Assembly (NCBI GenBank): GCA_951406725.2
Contig: OX597818.1
Location: 34,162,001-34,226,000 of the forward strand
DNA length: 64,000 nucleotides
Reading direction: 5' to 3'
Source: Octopus vulgaris
Taxonomy: Eukaryota
Shown here: one piece after another, positions 42,913-56,637 of the stretch
How positions within the stretch are numbered: the stretch's first letter is position 1
How the letters are laid out: every line of letters starts with the position of its first letter
Translations under genes and position numbers: made by a program
Notes under the pieces: model-generated
The model's database searches: none
What the model was told of the DNA's origin: nothing
Seen by the model: only the letters and a program-made list of their open reading frames with translations

Positions 42913-43918
42913 TATTACCTCCGTTGTTTTGTTCTGTGTTCTAAGTTGAAATTTCGCCAAAGTCGACTTTATCTTTCATCCTTTCCAGGTCGATAAAATA
43001 AGTATCAGCTAAATACTGGAGAGGATATCGATGTAGTCGATTTGCCCATCCCGTCAAAAACTGTTGTGCCCGTGCCAAAATTTCAAACTTCCATTATTAT
43101 TCAGTCAGAGAAAATGAAGCGGTGGTCATGATCTTTGGAGGACTTCACATACAGGAAAGGTCGGTGGAGCCGAAGCACTGGTACATGTATAAATGTTGAT
43201 ACTTATCAGAAAAATATAAACGCAAGAAGTAAGCTCTAGGGGTGACGCATTCTGAGAAGTTGACAAGCTAAACATTTAGAGGGATGCAGAGCCTGGTGTG
43301 TAAAATAGAGAAAGGAAGAAGGGATGATGAAGGTTTACCGTGTGTGCTGGGGTAAACATTGTAACAGGCTGCTAGTTCAGAGCAACTATAGGCACAAAGT
43401 CTGAAATTTAGTGGGAATGGACTAAGCGATTACATCGGCTCCAGTTCTCAACAAGTACTTATTTTATCGACCTCGAAAGAATGGAAAGCAAAATTGACTT
43501 CAGCGGAATTTGAAGTTTAGATGTAAAGATGGACGAAATGCCGCTAAGCATTTTTGTCCGGCATGCTAACGTCTCTACCAGAACGCCACCTTCGTTGTTA
43601 TGAATCAAATAGAGGACGGCGAACTGGCAGAATCGTTAGCAGGCCGGAGAAATGCTTAGCGGCATTTCGTCCGTCCTTACGTTCTGAGTTCAAATTCCGC
43701 TGAGGTCGACTTTTGAATAATATTTATTATAGTATATTTAATTTTTTTCTATATAATATAGATTATGTCTTTCACGATTGAATTGCTTAATAAAGGTTAT
43801 TTCTCTTAATTATGTACATATATAATATTTTGTGAAATTTGATTTAGAATTGCTAAATTGAATTTTTCCCTGTAAGTTTGAAATTATATTCCCTACTATA
43901 TATATGTGTGTGTGTGTA

Positions 43919-43971
<53 letters not shown>

Positions 43972-43972
<1 letters not shown>

Positions 43973-44350
43973 GAGGCGCAATGGCCCAGTGGTTAGGGCA
44001 GCGGACTCGCGGTCGTAGGATCGCGGTTTCGATTCCCAGACCGGGCGTTGTGAGTGTTTTTTGTGCGAAAACACCTAAAGCGACACGATGCTCCGGCAGG
44101 GATGGTGGAGATCCCTGCTGTACTCTTTCACCACAACTTTCTCTCACTCTTACTTCCTGTTTCTGTTGTACCTGTATTTCAAAGGGCCGGCCTTGTCACT
44201 CTCTGTGTCACGCTGAATATCCCCGAGAAATTCGTTAAGGGTACACGTGTCTGTGGAGTGCTCAGCCACTTACATGTTAATTTCACGAGCAGGCTGTTCC
44301 GTTAATCGGATCAACCGGAACCCTCGTCGTCGTAACCGACGGAGTGCTTC
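43972..44350 (+). mobile_element. SINE family C, third tail type
   Basis: Family C head followed by TTTCAAAGGGCCGGCCTTGTCAC...CTCGTCGTCGTAACCGACGGAGTG. Confidence 0.85.
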
Positions 44351-45649
44351 CCATATATATATATATAAAAAATATCTTCTTATATCCTTACGTCCTTTAA
44401 CATTTATCATAATTTTGCAATTTTTATATTCTTTTGTTCTCTTATTTTATTTGTTTCAATCATTTGACTGCGACCATGCTGGCAAACCGCCTTTAGTCGA
44501 GCAAGTCGACCCAAGTATTTATTCTTTGTAAGCCTAGTACTTATTCGATTCAAATTATTACAATACTTTCTTTTACCCAATCGTTCTCAATACTACGTTT
44601 GTTGGTAAGGTGCAAACATTAATACGTCACATGATGTAACAATGCTCAAAGGAAAGATTAAGAATGTATTCAAGTGTGTGTGTCTGTGCCTGTGTGTGTG
44701 TCGTACACTGTGTTGCATATATTTGTGTGCACTTATTTAAACAGAGGGGCGCAAATACCTCATTGCTTTTTTCTTTCTTTCTTTTTCGTTGTTGTTGTTG
44801 TATATTGTCAACGACGTAGCATGTCACATATGATTGAAAATAATCCAAAGAGCAAAGGATAATTTAAAATGACGTAAGCTGTTAAGAAAATTACAGAAAA
44901 GTGTGTGGAAGAGGTTAGAAAAATCAAAGTTGAGTGAAAATGTGAAAAGGTGAAAATGTGAAAATGAAACGAGAAAATCGAAGTGAAATCATAGTTTAAA
45001 AAAAAAAACAAGCACAGATCAAGGAGTAGGAGGAGGAGGAGATTAAGAAAAATAAAAATAATAGAAAGAAGGATTCTGCGAATTCAAGGAATTGGAAATG
45101 ATAGATGAAGGGGAATGATGAAAATTTTGCAGAGTGGGTGGGGAGGTGAGTTGACAGGTGTTAAGGAAAGGGAAAAATAATTAAGAAAATACAAATAAGA
45201 TAATTGATATAACTAGATTCGTAATTAATAAAGATAGCTAAGAAAAAAAAAAAAAACAGGCATAATTTTTAACGTACACGCACAAAAACACACACGCTCG
45301 CATACACAGATGTGCGCACGCGGGAACACACGTATAGATAGACAGATAGACAGATAGATAAAGAGATACATATATACATACATACATACATACATACATA
45401 CATACATACATACATACATACATACACACATATACACACATATGCGTACACACACACGCACACATATATATACATATATACAGATATGTATATAAACATA
45501 TATGATTATATATATATATATAAACATACATGCATACATGCATACATACATACATACAGGCGTGGCTGTGTGGTAAGAAGCTTGCTCCCAAATACATGGT
45601 GCTGGGTTCAGTGCTGCTGCATATATATTATATATATATATATATATAC

Positions 45650-45711
<62 letters not shown>

Positions 45712-45863
45712 TATATAATTCATAAATGAGGGCAAAGGAAAAAAATTTCTAATGCCAAATATGCCGAAAAATTGGACATATTGTCCATTAACCATATAAT
45801 TTTTTCACAATACGCACGCTACTCGAAAAAAGGTCGACAGAAATTTCTTAAAAATTCCATTAT

Positions 45864-45921
45864 TACCATATCGGACCGATTTCAGAGTTAGCATCTAAGA
45901 GCCCTCTCTTCATCAGTGATA
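45864..45921 (-). ncRNA. type I hammerhead ribozyme, canonical core
   Basis: Minus strand: UAUCA CUGAUGA AGAG (18 nt) CUCU GAA AUCGG U CCGAU A UGGUA, within a ~265-bp insert between (TA)n tracts. Confidence 0.7.
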
Positions 45922-46461
45922 CACGTGGCAAAAGAAATAAATGAGATACTTACTTATACCCATGGAAGAAGCAAATACTAAGTCAATATATATATATATA
46001 ATATATATTATATATATATATATGTATATATATGCATATGCATATATGGGTACAGGACGTCAAAAACACGTGAACAAAAAGAAAAGCGAGAACATAAAGA
46101 AATCAAAAACATAGAAAACGAACTTTTTTTCAAACAACGAAAGAAACAAATACAGTAATTAATAACAGTTTGAGTTGGTTCCGTGAAACTTAAAGTTGCG
46201 TGGGCTCGTAAAACGAACCATGCATGCATATTTACATATGTACATATATGCGTACACACACGTACATACATACATACTATATATATATATATACACACAC
46301 ACACACCTGGGGCAAGTGTCTTCTACTTTAGCCTCGGGCCGACCAAAGCCTTGTGAGTAGATTTGGTAGGCAGAAACTGAAAGAAGCCTGTTGCATTACA
46401 AACTTGATTAAGGGCGGTGCATCAGCATGGCCGCAGCTCTGAGCTGAAACTAGAAAAAAAA

Positions 46462-46507
<46 letters not shown>

Positions 46508-46726
46508 TCACGTTTGTCCCACCAACATCGCTTGACAACCGATGGTGGTGTGTTAATGCCCCCGTAACTTAGCGATAGAATAAGTACTAGGCTTACAAAG
46601 AATAAGTCCTAGGGTCGATTTGTTCGACAAAAGACGATGCCCCAGCATGGCTGCAGTCAAATGACTGAAACAAGTAAAAGAGAGTGAAGAGAAAGAGACA
46701 CATACACAGATAAACAGATAGATAGA

Positions 46727-46921
<195 letters not shown>

Positions 46922-47316
46922 CGTACAAGCGCACAAGGATCATAGACAGTTACTGACAAGTCAGAGTGCAGAGGTGTGCTGTATAACTCATGATTGAAAT
47001 ACAAAAATTGGAAAGACAAACGGTAGGAGGAAAAAATGAAATCTGAGTGAAAAATAGGCTGGAGCAAACCCAAAATGGTTTCTTAAACTAATGGGTTTGA
47101 TATCTATTTTTTCTAATATATTTTGTGATGGTGCTGAGAAGATAGGACATTTTGTTTTTTCTCATTTTAGGCTGGGGAGAGCTATAATAGAACAATAAGA
47201 ATTTTGTCATCATCAGCAACAACTGCAAGAACAGTAAGAGCTCACAATAATAGGAAACGATGAAGTTACGTAATGAGTTTGATAATTTTTATTGACCAGA
47301 AATGTAATTAACCTAA

Positions 47317-47461
<145 letters not shown>

Positions 47462-47605
47462 ACTTACAAAAAAGATTTGGAGAAATTAACCAAAACATAG
47501 AGAAACCAAAAATAAAGCAGGAGGCGAAAATAAGCAGAAAGAAAAACGAGATGAAAAACAATTATAGATTGACAGCCTAGATAGCAGAGAAAAAATTACT
47601 ACAAT

Positions 47606-47661
<56 letters not shown>

Positions 47662-48660
47662 GGTGGTGGTGGTGGTGGTGGTGGTAGTGGTGGTGGTAGC
47701 AGTAGTAGTAGTAGTAGTAGCAGCAGCAGCAGTGGTGGTGGTGGTGGTGGTGGTGGTGGTGGTAGCAGTAGCAGTAGTAGTAGTAGCAGCAGCAGCAGCA
47801 GTGGTGGTGGTGGTGGTGGTGGTGGTGGTTATAGTAGTAGTAGTAGTAGTAGTAATGGTGATGGTTGTGGTGCTGGTGGTGCTGGTGGTGCTGGTGGTGG
47901 CGGCGGCTGTGGAGGTGGTGGTGGTGGTGGTGCTGGTGGTAGGGGGTTGATTTGTTAACAGTAGTAGTATTAGTAGTAGTTATCGTTGTTTTAGTGACAG
48001 AGGAGGAGGTGGAAGGGGAGGAAGAGGAGGAGGAGGAGGAGGAAGAAGGGGAGGAGGAGGAGGAAATTGGTAGTCTAATGATATCTAAACGCAGTGACCG
48101 TCCGTTTCTAACTTGATTCTTCACTGTCAACATTGATCGATAATGGAAGGTTGTAACCCTGAATGATATACCCGAACTCAAAAAATGAATATTCATGGGG
48201 GTCATGCTAAGACGGGACTAGGGAACAGGCCCTCCGGGACGCTACACAGTTGAGGTTGTCCCTCAGAACAGCTGATAATTTGAAGGGTAAGAAAAAGGTG
48301 AGTAAGCAGCACCAAAATGACATTTTCTCCCTTCCAAAAAGACATTCATTATTATAATTCTTGATAAGGGTGACACGGTGCCAGAAACGGTAAAGCACCG
48401 GATAAAATGCATTCAGGCATTTTGTTTAGTTCCTGAGTAAGTGTATATATATATGTATATATATATATATATATGTTATACACACACACACACACTCATA
48501 CGCATGCACGCAATTATTTTTGCCCTTGGACATAAATTTATGTCCAGATGTCAAAAGTATATATATATATTAATTTCGATATTTATATCATGATTTTTGT
48601 CAGTTGGGATATGATGTTTGTATGCGTGTGTGTGTTTGTGTGCTTATATATATATGTACA

Positions 48661-48892
48661 AGGCGGCGAGCTGGCAGAAACGTTAGCACGCCGGGCGACC
48701 TGCGTAGCCGTATTTCGTCTGTCGTTACGTTCCGAGTTCAAATTCCGCCGAGGTCGACTTTGCCTTTCATCCTTTCGGGGTCGATAAATTAAGTACCAGT
48801 TACGCACTGGGGTCGATGTAATCGACTTAATCCCTTTGTCTGTCCTTGTTTGTCCCCTCTGTGTTTAGCCCCTTCTGGGTAGTAAAGAAATA
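48661..48892 (+). mobile_element. SINE family B
   Basis: Near-consensus full copy. Confidence 0.85.
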
Positions 48893-48909
48893 TATATATA
48901 TATGTATTT

Positions 48910-49300
48910 GTGTGGCTGTGTGGTAAGTAGCTTGTCTACCAACCACATGGTTCCGGGTTCAGTCCCACTGCGTGGCACCTTGGGCAAGTGTCTTCTACTA
49001 TAGCCTCGGGCCGCCCAAAGCCTTGTGAGTGGTTTTGGTAGACGGAAACTGAAAGAAGCCCGTCGTATATATGTATGTGCGTGTATGTTTGTGTGTCTGT
49101 GTTTGTCCCCCTAGCATTGCTTGACAACCGATGCTGGTGTGTTTATGTCCCCATCACTTAGCGGTTCAGCAAAACAGATAGAATAAGTACTGGGCTTACA
49201 AAAGAATAAGTCCCGGGGTCAAGTTGCTCGACTAAAGGCGGTGCTCCAGCATGGCCGCAGTCAAATGACTGAAACAAGTAAAAGAGTAAAAGAGTAAAAG
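48910..49300 (+). mobile_element. SINE family A
   Basis: Near-consensus full copy. Confidence 0.85.
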
Positions 49301-49347
49301 AGATATATAAATATGTATGTATGTATGCATGTATGTATGTATGTATG

Positions 49348-49381
<34 letters not shown>

Positions 49382-49771
49382 TGTATGTATGTATGTATGC
49401 ATGTATGTATGCATTTATGTATATTATATGTACACATGTGTATACATATATATATACATGTATGTATTGTAACGAGACTTTTTTTTTTCTCATGGATATA
49501 CGCAAAATGGCGGATAAGAAATATATGCATACATATGTTGTGTTCATTATCAAGCAAACAAAACTGTTTGAAAACACATTTCGTTATTTTATGTTATTCT
49601 CCATTTCCCGTATATTTTATCTACCAGGGTATATAAACGACCAGTTTTCAAATAGTTCTTTCATTTGGTGTCTGCTGATGAAAGCAACGTAGGTATGATT
49701 TTATACGCATATGTGCGAGAAACATAAACTTTGCGTCAAGAGGGAAACATGTATTTATTTAATAAGCTTAA

Positions 49772-50173
49772 TAGGCGCAGGAGTGGCTGTGTGGTAAGTA
49801 GCTTGCTAACCAACCACATGGTTCCGGGTTCAGCCCCACTGCGTGGCATCTTGGGCAGGTATCTTCTGCTATAGCCCCGGGCCGACCAAAGCCTTGTGAG
49901 TGGATTTGGTAGACGGAAACTGAAAGAAGCCTGTCGTATATATATATATGTGTGTGTGTTTGTGTCTGTGTTTGTCTCCTTAGCATTGCTTGACAACCGA
50001 TGCTGGTGTGTTTACGTCCCCGTCACTTAGCGGTTCGGCAAAAAAGACCGATAGAATAAGTACTGGGCTTACAAAGAATAAGTCCCGGGGTCGATTTGCT
50101 CGACTAAAGGCGGTGCTCCAGCATGGCCGCAATCAAATGACTGAAACAAGTAAAAGAGTAAAAGAGTAAAGAG
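49772..50173 (+). mobile_element. SINE family A
   Basis: Near-consensus full copy. Confidence 0.85.
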
Positions 50174-50229
50174 TATGTATTTATTTAATAAGCATACTTA
50201 GAATTTTTCAGGTGTCATTTATCTTGCGC

Positions 50230-50461
50230 TTACTCTCTTTTTACTGGTTTCAGTCATTTGACTGTGGCGGCCATGCTAGAGCACCACCTTTAGTCGAGCA
50301 CATCGACCCCAGGACTTATTCTTTGTAAACCTAGTACTTATTCTATCGTTCTTTCTTGCCGAACCGCTAGGTTACGGGGACGTAAACACACCAGCATCGG
50401 TTGTCAAGCAATGTTGGGAGGACAAGCACAGACACACAAACATATATACACGCACATACAT

Positions 50462-50494
<33 letters not shown>

Positions 50495-50653
50495 CGACGG
50501 GCTTCTTTCAGTTTCCGTCTACCAAATCCACTCACAAGGCTTTAGTTGGCCCGAGGCTACAGTAGAAGCCCAAAGTGCCACGCAGTGGGACTGAACCCGG
50601 AACCATGTAGTTCGTAAGCAAGCTACTTACCACACAGTCACTCCTACGCCTAT
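50230..50653 (-). mobile_element. SINE family A (tail-to-tail with the previous copy)
   Basis: Full reverse copy about 55 bp from the forward copy. Confidence 0.85.
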
Positions 50654-51081
50654 ATAAGTGATTTCAAATTTTGGCGCAGGGGCAACAATTTCGAAGGAAA
50701 AAGCCAGTTGATCACACTCGACGTGCTTATTTTATCGATCCCTAAAAGAAATGAAAGGTAAGGTCGACTTCAGCGGAATTTTAACTCAAGACATAAGGAC
50801 GGATGAAAATTATTTTTTTTGCTCGGTGTGCCAACGGTTCTACCAGCTCGTCGCGTTATTTTCATTACATAACATTACATTTTATTATAAAGCGGTGAGC
50901 TAGCAGAAACATTAGCTTGCCAGCCGAAATGCTTAGCAAGGGAAAACCGCAAGATAATTTCGGGCTCGATAAAATAAGTACCAGTTGATCACTGGGTTCG
51001 AAGTCGACCTCGACGGAATTTGATAGACGAAATGCAGCTAAGCATTTTGTCGGCTAGTTCGTTACCTTATTTTATATTGTA

Positions 51082-51469
51082 CTAGCAGTATCGCCCGGCG
51101 TTGCTCGGGTTTGTAAGGGAAATAACTATATAAGCATTTTAGAGATGTAAAGTATAATAGCCATCTCAATATGGCTAACCACAAAGAGGGGGTGTTACTG
51201 TAGCTTTTTACGTTCTGAGACTTAATAAATTTTTAGAGAGTTACTTCCCTTATATATGCCAAAAATGCATTAAAATGGAAAAAAATGATGGTAATTTTTT
51301 TTTTAAATCGTAGACTCATCGTAGACACGCGCTAATACCCAGAAGGGCTCGATATGAATCACGACTATAAGATACCCGGTTTTGGTTAAACTGCACCGCA
51401 AAATGTGGGAGTAGTTATGAATCTAAATCGTAGGAGACAGACACACAACTTGACTTTTATATATAAAGA
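51082..51469 (-). mobile_element. non-autonomous Helitron
   Basis: Reverse complement of 10769-11163, with TC/CTAG ends and the same hairpin. Confidence 0.85.
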
Positions 51470-52093
51470 TTATATTAGACATATTATATCATATATATAT
51501 TGTATTATATTATAACTCTAAATTTGATACGACTTGATATGATATAAAACATTATTGAGCACTTAGTAAACTTTCACATTTTCATTGTATATTTGAACTG
51601 GAGTGGGCGTGCGTGATTGTGTTGTTTGTGCGCATGTGTATAAATAGTTAAATGCTTAGACTTTAGTGTGAACAAGAAAGAAAGAAGTTTTCTCTATTGA
51701 AAGTAGAGCATCTAAATATATTACATTTATAAAGCTATACTTGTCATCCCCTAGTGGACAGTTATTACAAGAGAGATAATCATTTCTTCATAATATTTGG
51801 CGAGATTAGAATTGAATTTTGAATTTGAAATTAAGTAATTATAAGGAAAAATTTGCATAGAATTTACATTTTTTTTTTTAAAGTTTAAAGTTCGTTACTG
51901 TGGGTTTTTCTTTATACCTTGTTGATGCTGTTGTTTAGTCTCAGAGAAGTAATAACGATCCGAATTCTTACCTTGTATAACAGTAGTCAACATGTTCTTT
52001 TTTTCAAAGTTAAGATAATGCGGTAGGATTTAAGACTATTAGCAACTATTTCTACGGCTACGAAAGGTTTTAATACGTAGAGGTATTAAAACC

Positions 52094-52305
52094 TTTCTAC
52101 TATAGGCACAAGACCTGAAATTTGTGGGCAGGAGGCCAGTCGATTAGATCGAAACCAGTACACAACTGGTGCTTATTTTATCGACCCCAAAAGGATGACA
52201 GGCACAGTCAGCCTCTGCGGAATTTGAACTCAGAATGTGGCGACAGACGAAACACTGCAAAGCATTTCGCCCGGTGTGCTAACGACTAAGCCAGCTCGCC
52301 GCCTT
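52094..52305 (-). mobile_element. SINE family B with 17-bp TSD
   Basis: GTAGAGGTATTAAAACC at 52077-52093 and 52306-52322. Confidence 0.85.
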
Positions 52306-53007
52306 GTAGAGGTATTAAAACCATTGTATGAAAAAGTTTCCCACCTTAAAAAAAAATATTGTCCTCGTGCGCAAGATTTAATCCGCTTCCGTTCGCAGTT
52401 TGCATAACACAATATCGCATATGTAGTTGATAACTATGGGAAACGCATGAACGTTACAAATTCCATTTTTTACTCTTCTTCCGTTTGAGTAAACGATGTG
52501 ATAGTTACGGTAAGAACAACATTATTTATAGGTCTGACCCATTAGAGATGACATAGATTTAAATAACAATAACTGACTTTTATCTTTCTGGAGTCGATAA
52601 AATATTTTAGCATATCATTTTGGTTGATTCAGTCCGTTCTAATTTAACAGTCTTCTTTCTACAGCCTTGTATTAATGAAATGGAAACCAGCACTGTTCTT
52701 GCTAAAACGTTTCGATAGTAGAATACTGAGCCACAAAGCACTCAGCTTCATTCGTCCTGAGACTTAAATAACTATCACGAGGGTTCGAGATTAAATTTTA
52801 TAATAAATACATGGTCGACCAATCTCACTTTCCACTCATCCACTAAGTGCTTTTTCTACTTACACACACACACTACATATCTAAGTACGCGTGCATGTAA
52901 TATGCTCAAATGCTCAAACGTTAATGTTTGTCTTTGAATGAGGAAAAGTATAGCCAATACATTACCATTCTGGATAAACTGCAGTTTTTCCAGTTAATAT
53001 AGTTTAT

Positions 53008-53295
53008 ACATTATTTACATTATTTACAATTGACGGATATTTGTCCTCATCTTTTTTGTTAACACAACGTTTCGGCTGATATACCCTCCAGCCTTCATCA
53101 GGCATCTTGGGGAAATTTCGAACCTGGGGTCTCATTCTCAAGGTATTTTTGATATTATCATTATTATTATTATTATCAGTATTATTATTATTCAGGTCAC
53201 TGTCTGGAATCGAACTCGGAATCTTGGGGTTAGTAGCCCGCGCTCTTAACCACTACGCCATATGCCCGTGGGCATATCTCTTAAATATAGAACTG
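53008..53295 (-). mobile_element. tRNA-headed SINE-like element carrying a hammerhead fold
   Basis: A box TGGCGTAGTGG, B box GAGTTCGATTC, (AAT)n linker, hammerhead and a short repeated tail. TAATATAGTTTAT is duplicated at 52995-53007 and 53296-53308. Confidence 0.7.
53061..53106 (-). ncRNA. minimal type I hammerhead (weak stem I in this copy)
   Basis: Minus strand: GAUGC CUGAUGA A GGCUG gaggguauau CAGCC GAA ACGU U GUGUU. Confidence 0.6.
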
Positions 53296-53619
53296 TAATA
53301 TAGTTTATCTTGAATGAAAGCTTGATTTTTATTCTTAGAATTATATCTTCATTTTAGCATGTTTAGTGAAATCGCAAGGCGTAGTATTTTAGGATGATGC
53401 ACGCAAGAATTTGGTTCCCATTTCTGGACAGTCGTAAATGAATAATCCTGCGACAGACTGGTAGCCCTTTCAGGATCAATGTTGCGATCTCGGTCACTTA
53501 TACGTCATAGAAAGCGGGTAACATTTTATTTTCCTCTCCGGTCCTCAGAATTAATTTTTAAAAAAAAACCTATCATGTCAACCTGACTTGCTATAATCAC
53601 TTATCCATTAGTATCACTG

Positions 53620-53929
53620 TGGAGGCGCAATGGCCCAGTGGTTAGGGCAGCGGATTCGCGGTCGGAGGATCGCGGTTTCGATTCCCAGACCGGGTGGTAT
53701 GTGTGTTTACTGAGCGAAAACACATAAAGCTCCACGAGGCTCCAGCAGGGGGTGGTGACGACCCCTGTTGTACTCTTTCGCCCCAACTTTCTCTCACTCT
53801 CTTTTCCTGTTTCTTGAGTAATGCTGCGATGGACTGGCGTCCCGTCCAGCTGGAGGGAACACATACGCCACAGAAACCGGGCCCATGAGCCTGGCTAGGC
53901 TTGAAAAGGGGCGCATAGAAAAATAAAAA
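53620..53929 (+). mobile_element. SINE family C with V-domain-like tail and 14-bp TSD
   Basis: CATTAGTATCACTG at 53606-53619 and 53930-53943. Internal GCGATGGACTGGCGTCCCGTCCAG resembles, from memory, the V-SINE domain. Confidence 0.85.
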
Positions 53930-54287
53930 CATTAGTATCACTGCAATGAGCGAATAGCCACATGTCAGTGAGTGATGATAATATGGAGAACGCTTAATGA
54001 TACACTATTCACAAAGACATACAAACCTATACATGTATATACATATACACACGTGTGTATGTGTGTGTGTGTGTGTGTGTGCAGGAATATATACAGTATA
54101 TATATTTTATACAACCTTAAAGGCCGCACTCTGCATTTATATTTGTTTTACTTCTCAAAACGTTCGGTTTTGTTTGTTCTGGTAGATTCTGTGAGACCGG
54201 AAAGCAGCCTGCCGTCAGAGGTCTCACGGGTCTCTTTCCGCACAATATTAACTTTGATATTTTGTTGTTAATTATCGTATTATTATT

Positions 54288-54864
54288 ATTGAGTGAGAGA
54301 GCAGTGCATGCCATCAAAGTGACACTGGGACAAAATATACGAAGCCCAGTATACCCATCATGACTACTCATCTGATAAGGGTACACCAAGCACATGCATC
54401 ACAACCATATGTGCGCGACATGGTGATCTCATATCAAGACAAACAGCGCATGACCTTACAGGTGGAGCCCAGTTAGAATTTTCTTCTGTTCGAGTAACCC
54501 ATCCCGCTCAAAAGGTCCCTGAATAAAGGTTGTTTAAGAATGTTGAACGAAACACCCATGTTTCCAGAGGTGAATTATTCAAACCCCAAAGAATCCTTTC
54601 AACACATGGCTATGATGCTCCTCCACTACATCTGCTCGTGATCAGAGATGCACATATCGTCAGCCACTAAGGGATATGCTCAAGTGGTTAAGGTCAAACA
54701 ACTGACAAGCAAATCTGTGGTATTGAGCAGAATATTTGCTGTAGTTCATCTTTTATATAAAGACAAAACAATGTACATGATAACACTTCCAATCAGTTAA
54801 GATCAGAAGCCATGAGAGCCACTGCCTGGTACTGCATCAGGGCATTTACTGCATCAGGGCATTA
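54288..54864. mobile_element. ~575-bp non-coding interspersed element embedded in (ATT)n
   Basis: ATT repeats on both sides and a duplicated terminal 16-mer ACTGCATCAGGGCATT. It is single-copy here, so repeat status is inferred. Confidence 0.5.
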
Positions 54865-54870
54865 TTATTA

Positions 54871-55000
<130 letters not shown>

Positions 55001-56482
55001 TATATACATTTGAGTGTATTACTTGAAATCTAAATTTATATAACTCTACCCAGTAAATTTTTGTTTTGTTGTGGTTTGTTGCTGTTTAGACCCAAGTCAG
55101 TTCTTATCGTGCAGGCTTATGATCATAGACATTCGAGTCAAAATTTTATGATGTTGAAAAAAAAAAAGAAATAATGGAATTTACATTCCGTTGTCTAAGA
55201 TGTTCTCTTTTTGTTAGGTCAGTAGAATGAAGTACTTGCCTGCAAGTTATTAACAAATCAAGTAACCACGCAGTGATTTTGTAAGAAAATAGAAAATAAC
55301 TATAACTCGTCAAAGTCGCTGTGTTATATAGCAGAGATCAAGAGATCAATCTTCGTATAATATTTCAAGCAATAAGTTCGTGTCAATTTTCAAACCATTC
55401 GTGAGAAAACAGTGTTCAGTTTCTTTGGTTGTTGTCGGCTACTTCGTTACTTCTGCCCTGGACTTTGCAACCAAACAGACGCCCATTTAGACAGGGAATT
55501 TGAAGATACATCTTTTTTAAATAACTTGTCACTTTCGGAAATCAAGAAGCGAGTCTTCTTAGTCAAATGACTGTTATCGAATTTTGTAATTTTGTAAGTT
55601 GGTTCGCTAAGAATTAGATTATTTGTCAGCCAGGCAGCATAATACTTTGCTCGGCATGGTTTGATACTGCTGGACACTGCTGTGTATTGCTGGACACTGT
55701 TAGAATACTGCTGTGTAATGCCGGACGCTAGTGGACATTACCCATTCGACCAAAGATCGCAGGAGGTCGTATGAATTCTACTGTCTTCCTTCGCTCTGTC
55801 ACAGTGGCATCACAGAAATGGTAATTGGATATGCAGTAATTATTTGTTATCGAAACTGACCAAGACACTGAAGGATATACGCCTTAAAAGTTGATTTCTG
55901 CGAATTCTAGGCTAAATTTTTCTGTCATTTGTCATTGCGAACCCCCAGCTTTATCATGAGAGCTGTCACACCTTTAGCACTGAGTTCATTATTCGAATAT
56001 TCCTAATGTCCCGTGGCCCTTAAATTGGCTGGTAATCAGCTGATGACTCGAGGAATAGGGATGGAAATTAAAGGTGTCAATGAAGACAGATCGATGTGTA
56101 AGAGTGGAGTGGGGTTATGTAGGGAAAACGGAATTCCAGAGTCACACGAAATCATGCGCCTGCTAATAATAATCAACTGACCCTAACACAAATAAAACCT
56201 TTACTGCCGGGAAATTTCCTTTTTCTATCACCCTCGCACCTCCAAGTGCTCTAAACCACAGTCCTTATCTATCTCTTTCCCTTCTTTTTCATCCCCCCCT
56301 CCCAACGTCAGCCTTCATATACACGCGTGTTTGTCTGTGTGTGTGTGTGTATGTGCATGTGCTGTGTGTTTGTGTGTGTGCAAGTATGTGTATATATTTC
56401 CTTCTCTAATTCGTTTCGTTTGTGACATCTTTTTCATGTATACATAAATATTCATTTAGAAACCTACACTTGCACATAAATA

Positions 56483-56574
<92 letters not shown>

Positions 56575-56583
56575 CATATATAC

Positions 56584-56637
<54 letters not shown>

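Noticed and set aside
43972-44045. tRNA gene (also at 13452, 53195-53267, 53620)
   Set aside because: A and B boxes are present, but the sequences run into multi-copy SINE bodies and lack a full acceptor stem.
54790-54845. Superficial resemblance to U2 snRNA
   Set aside because: Only short scattered word matches, with no branch-point pairing sequence or Sm site.
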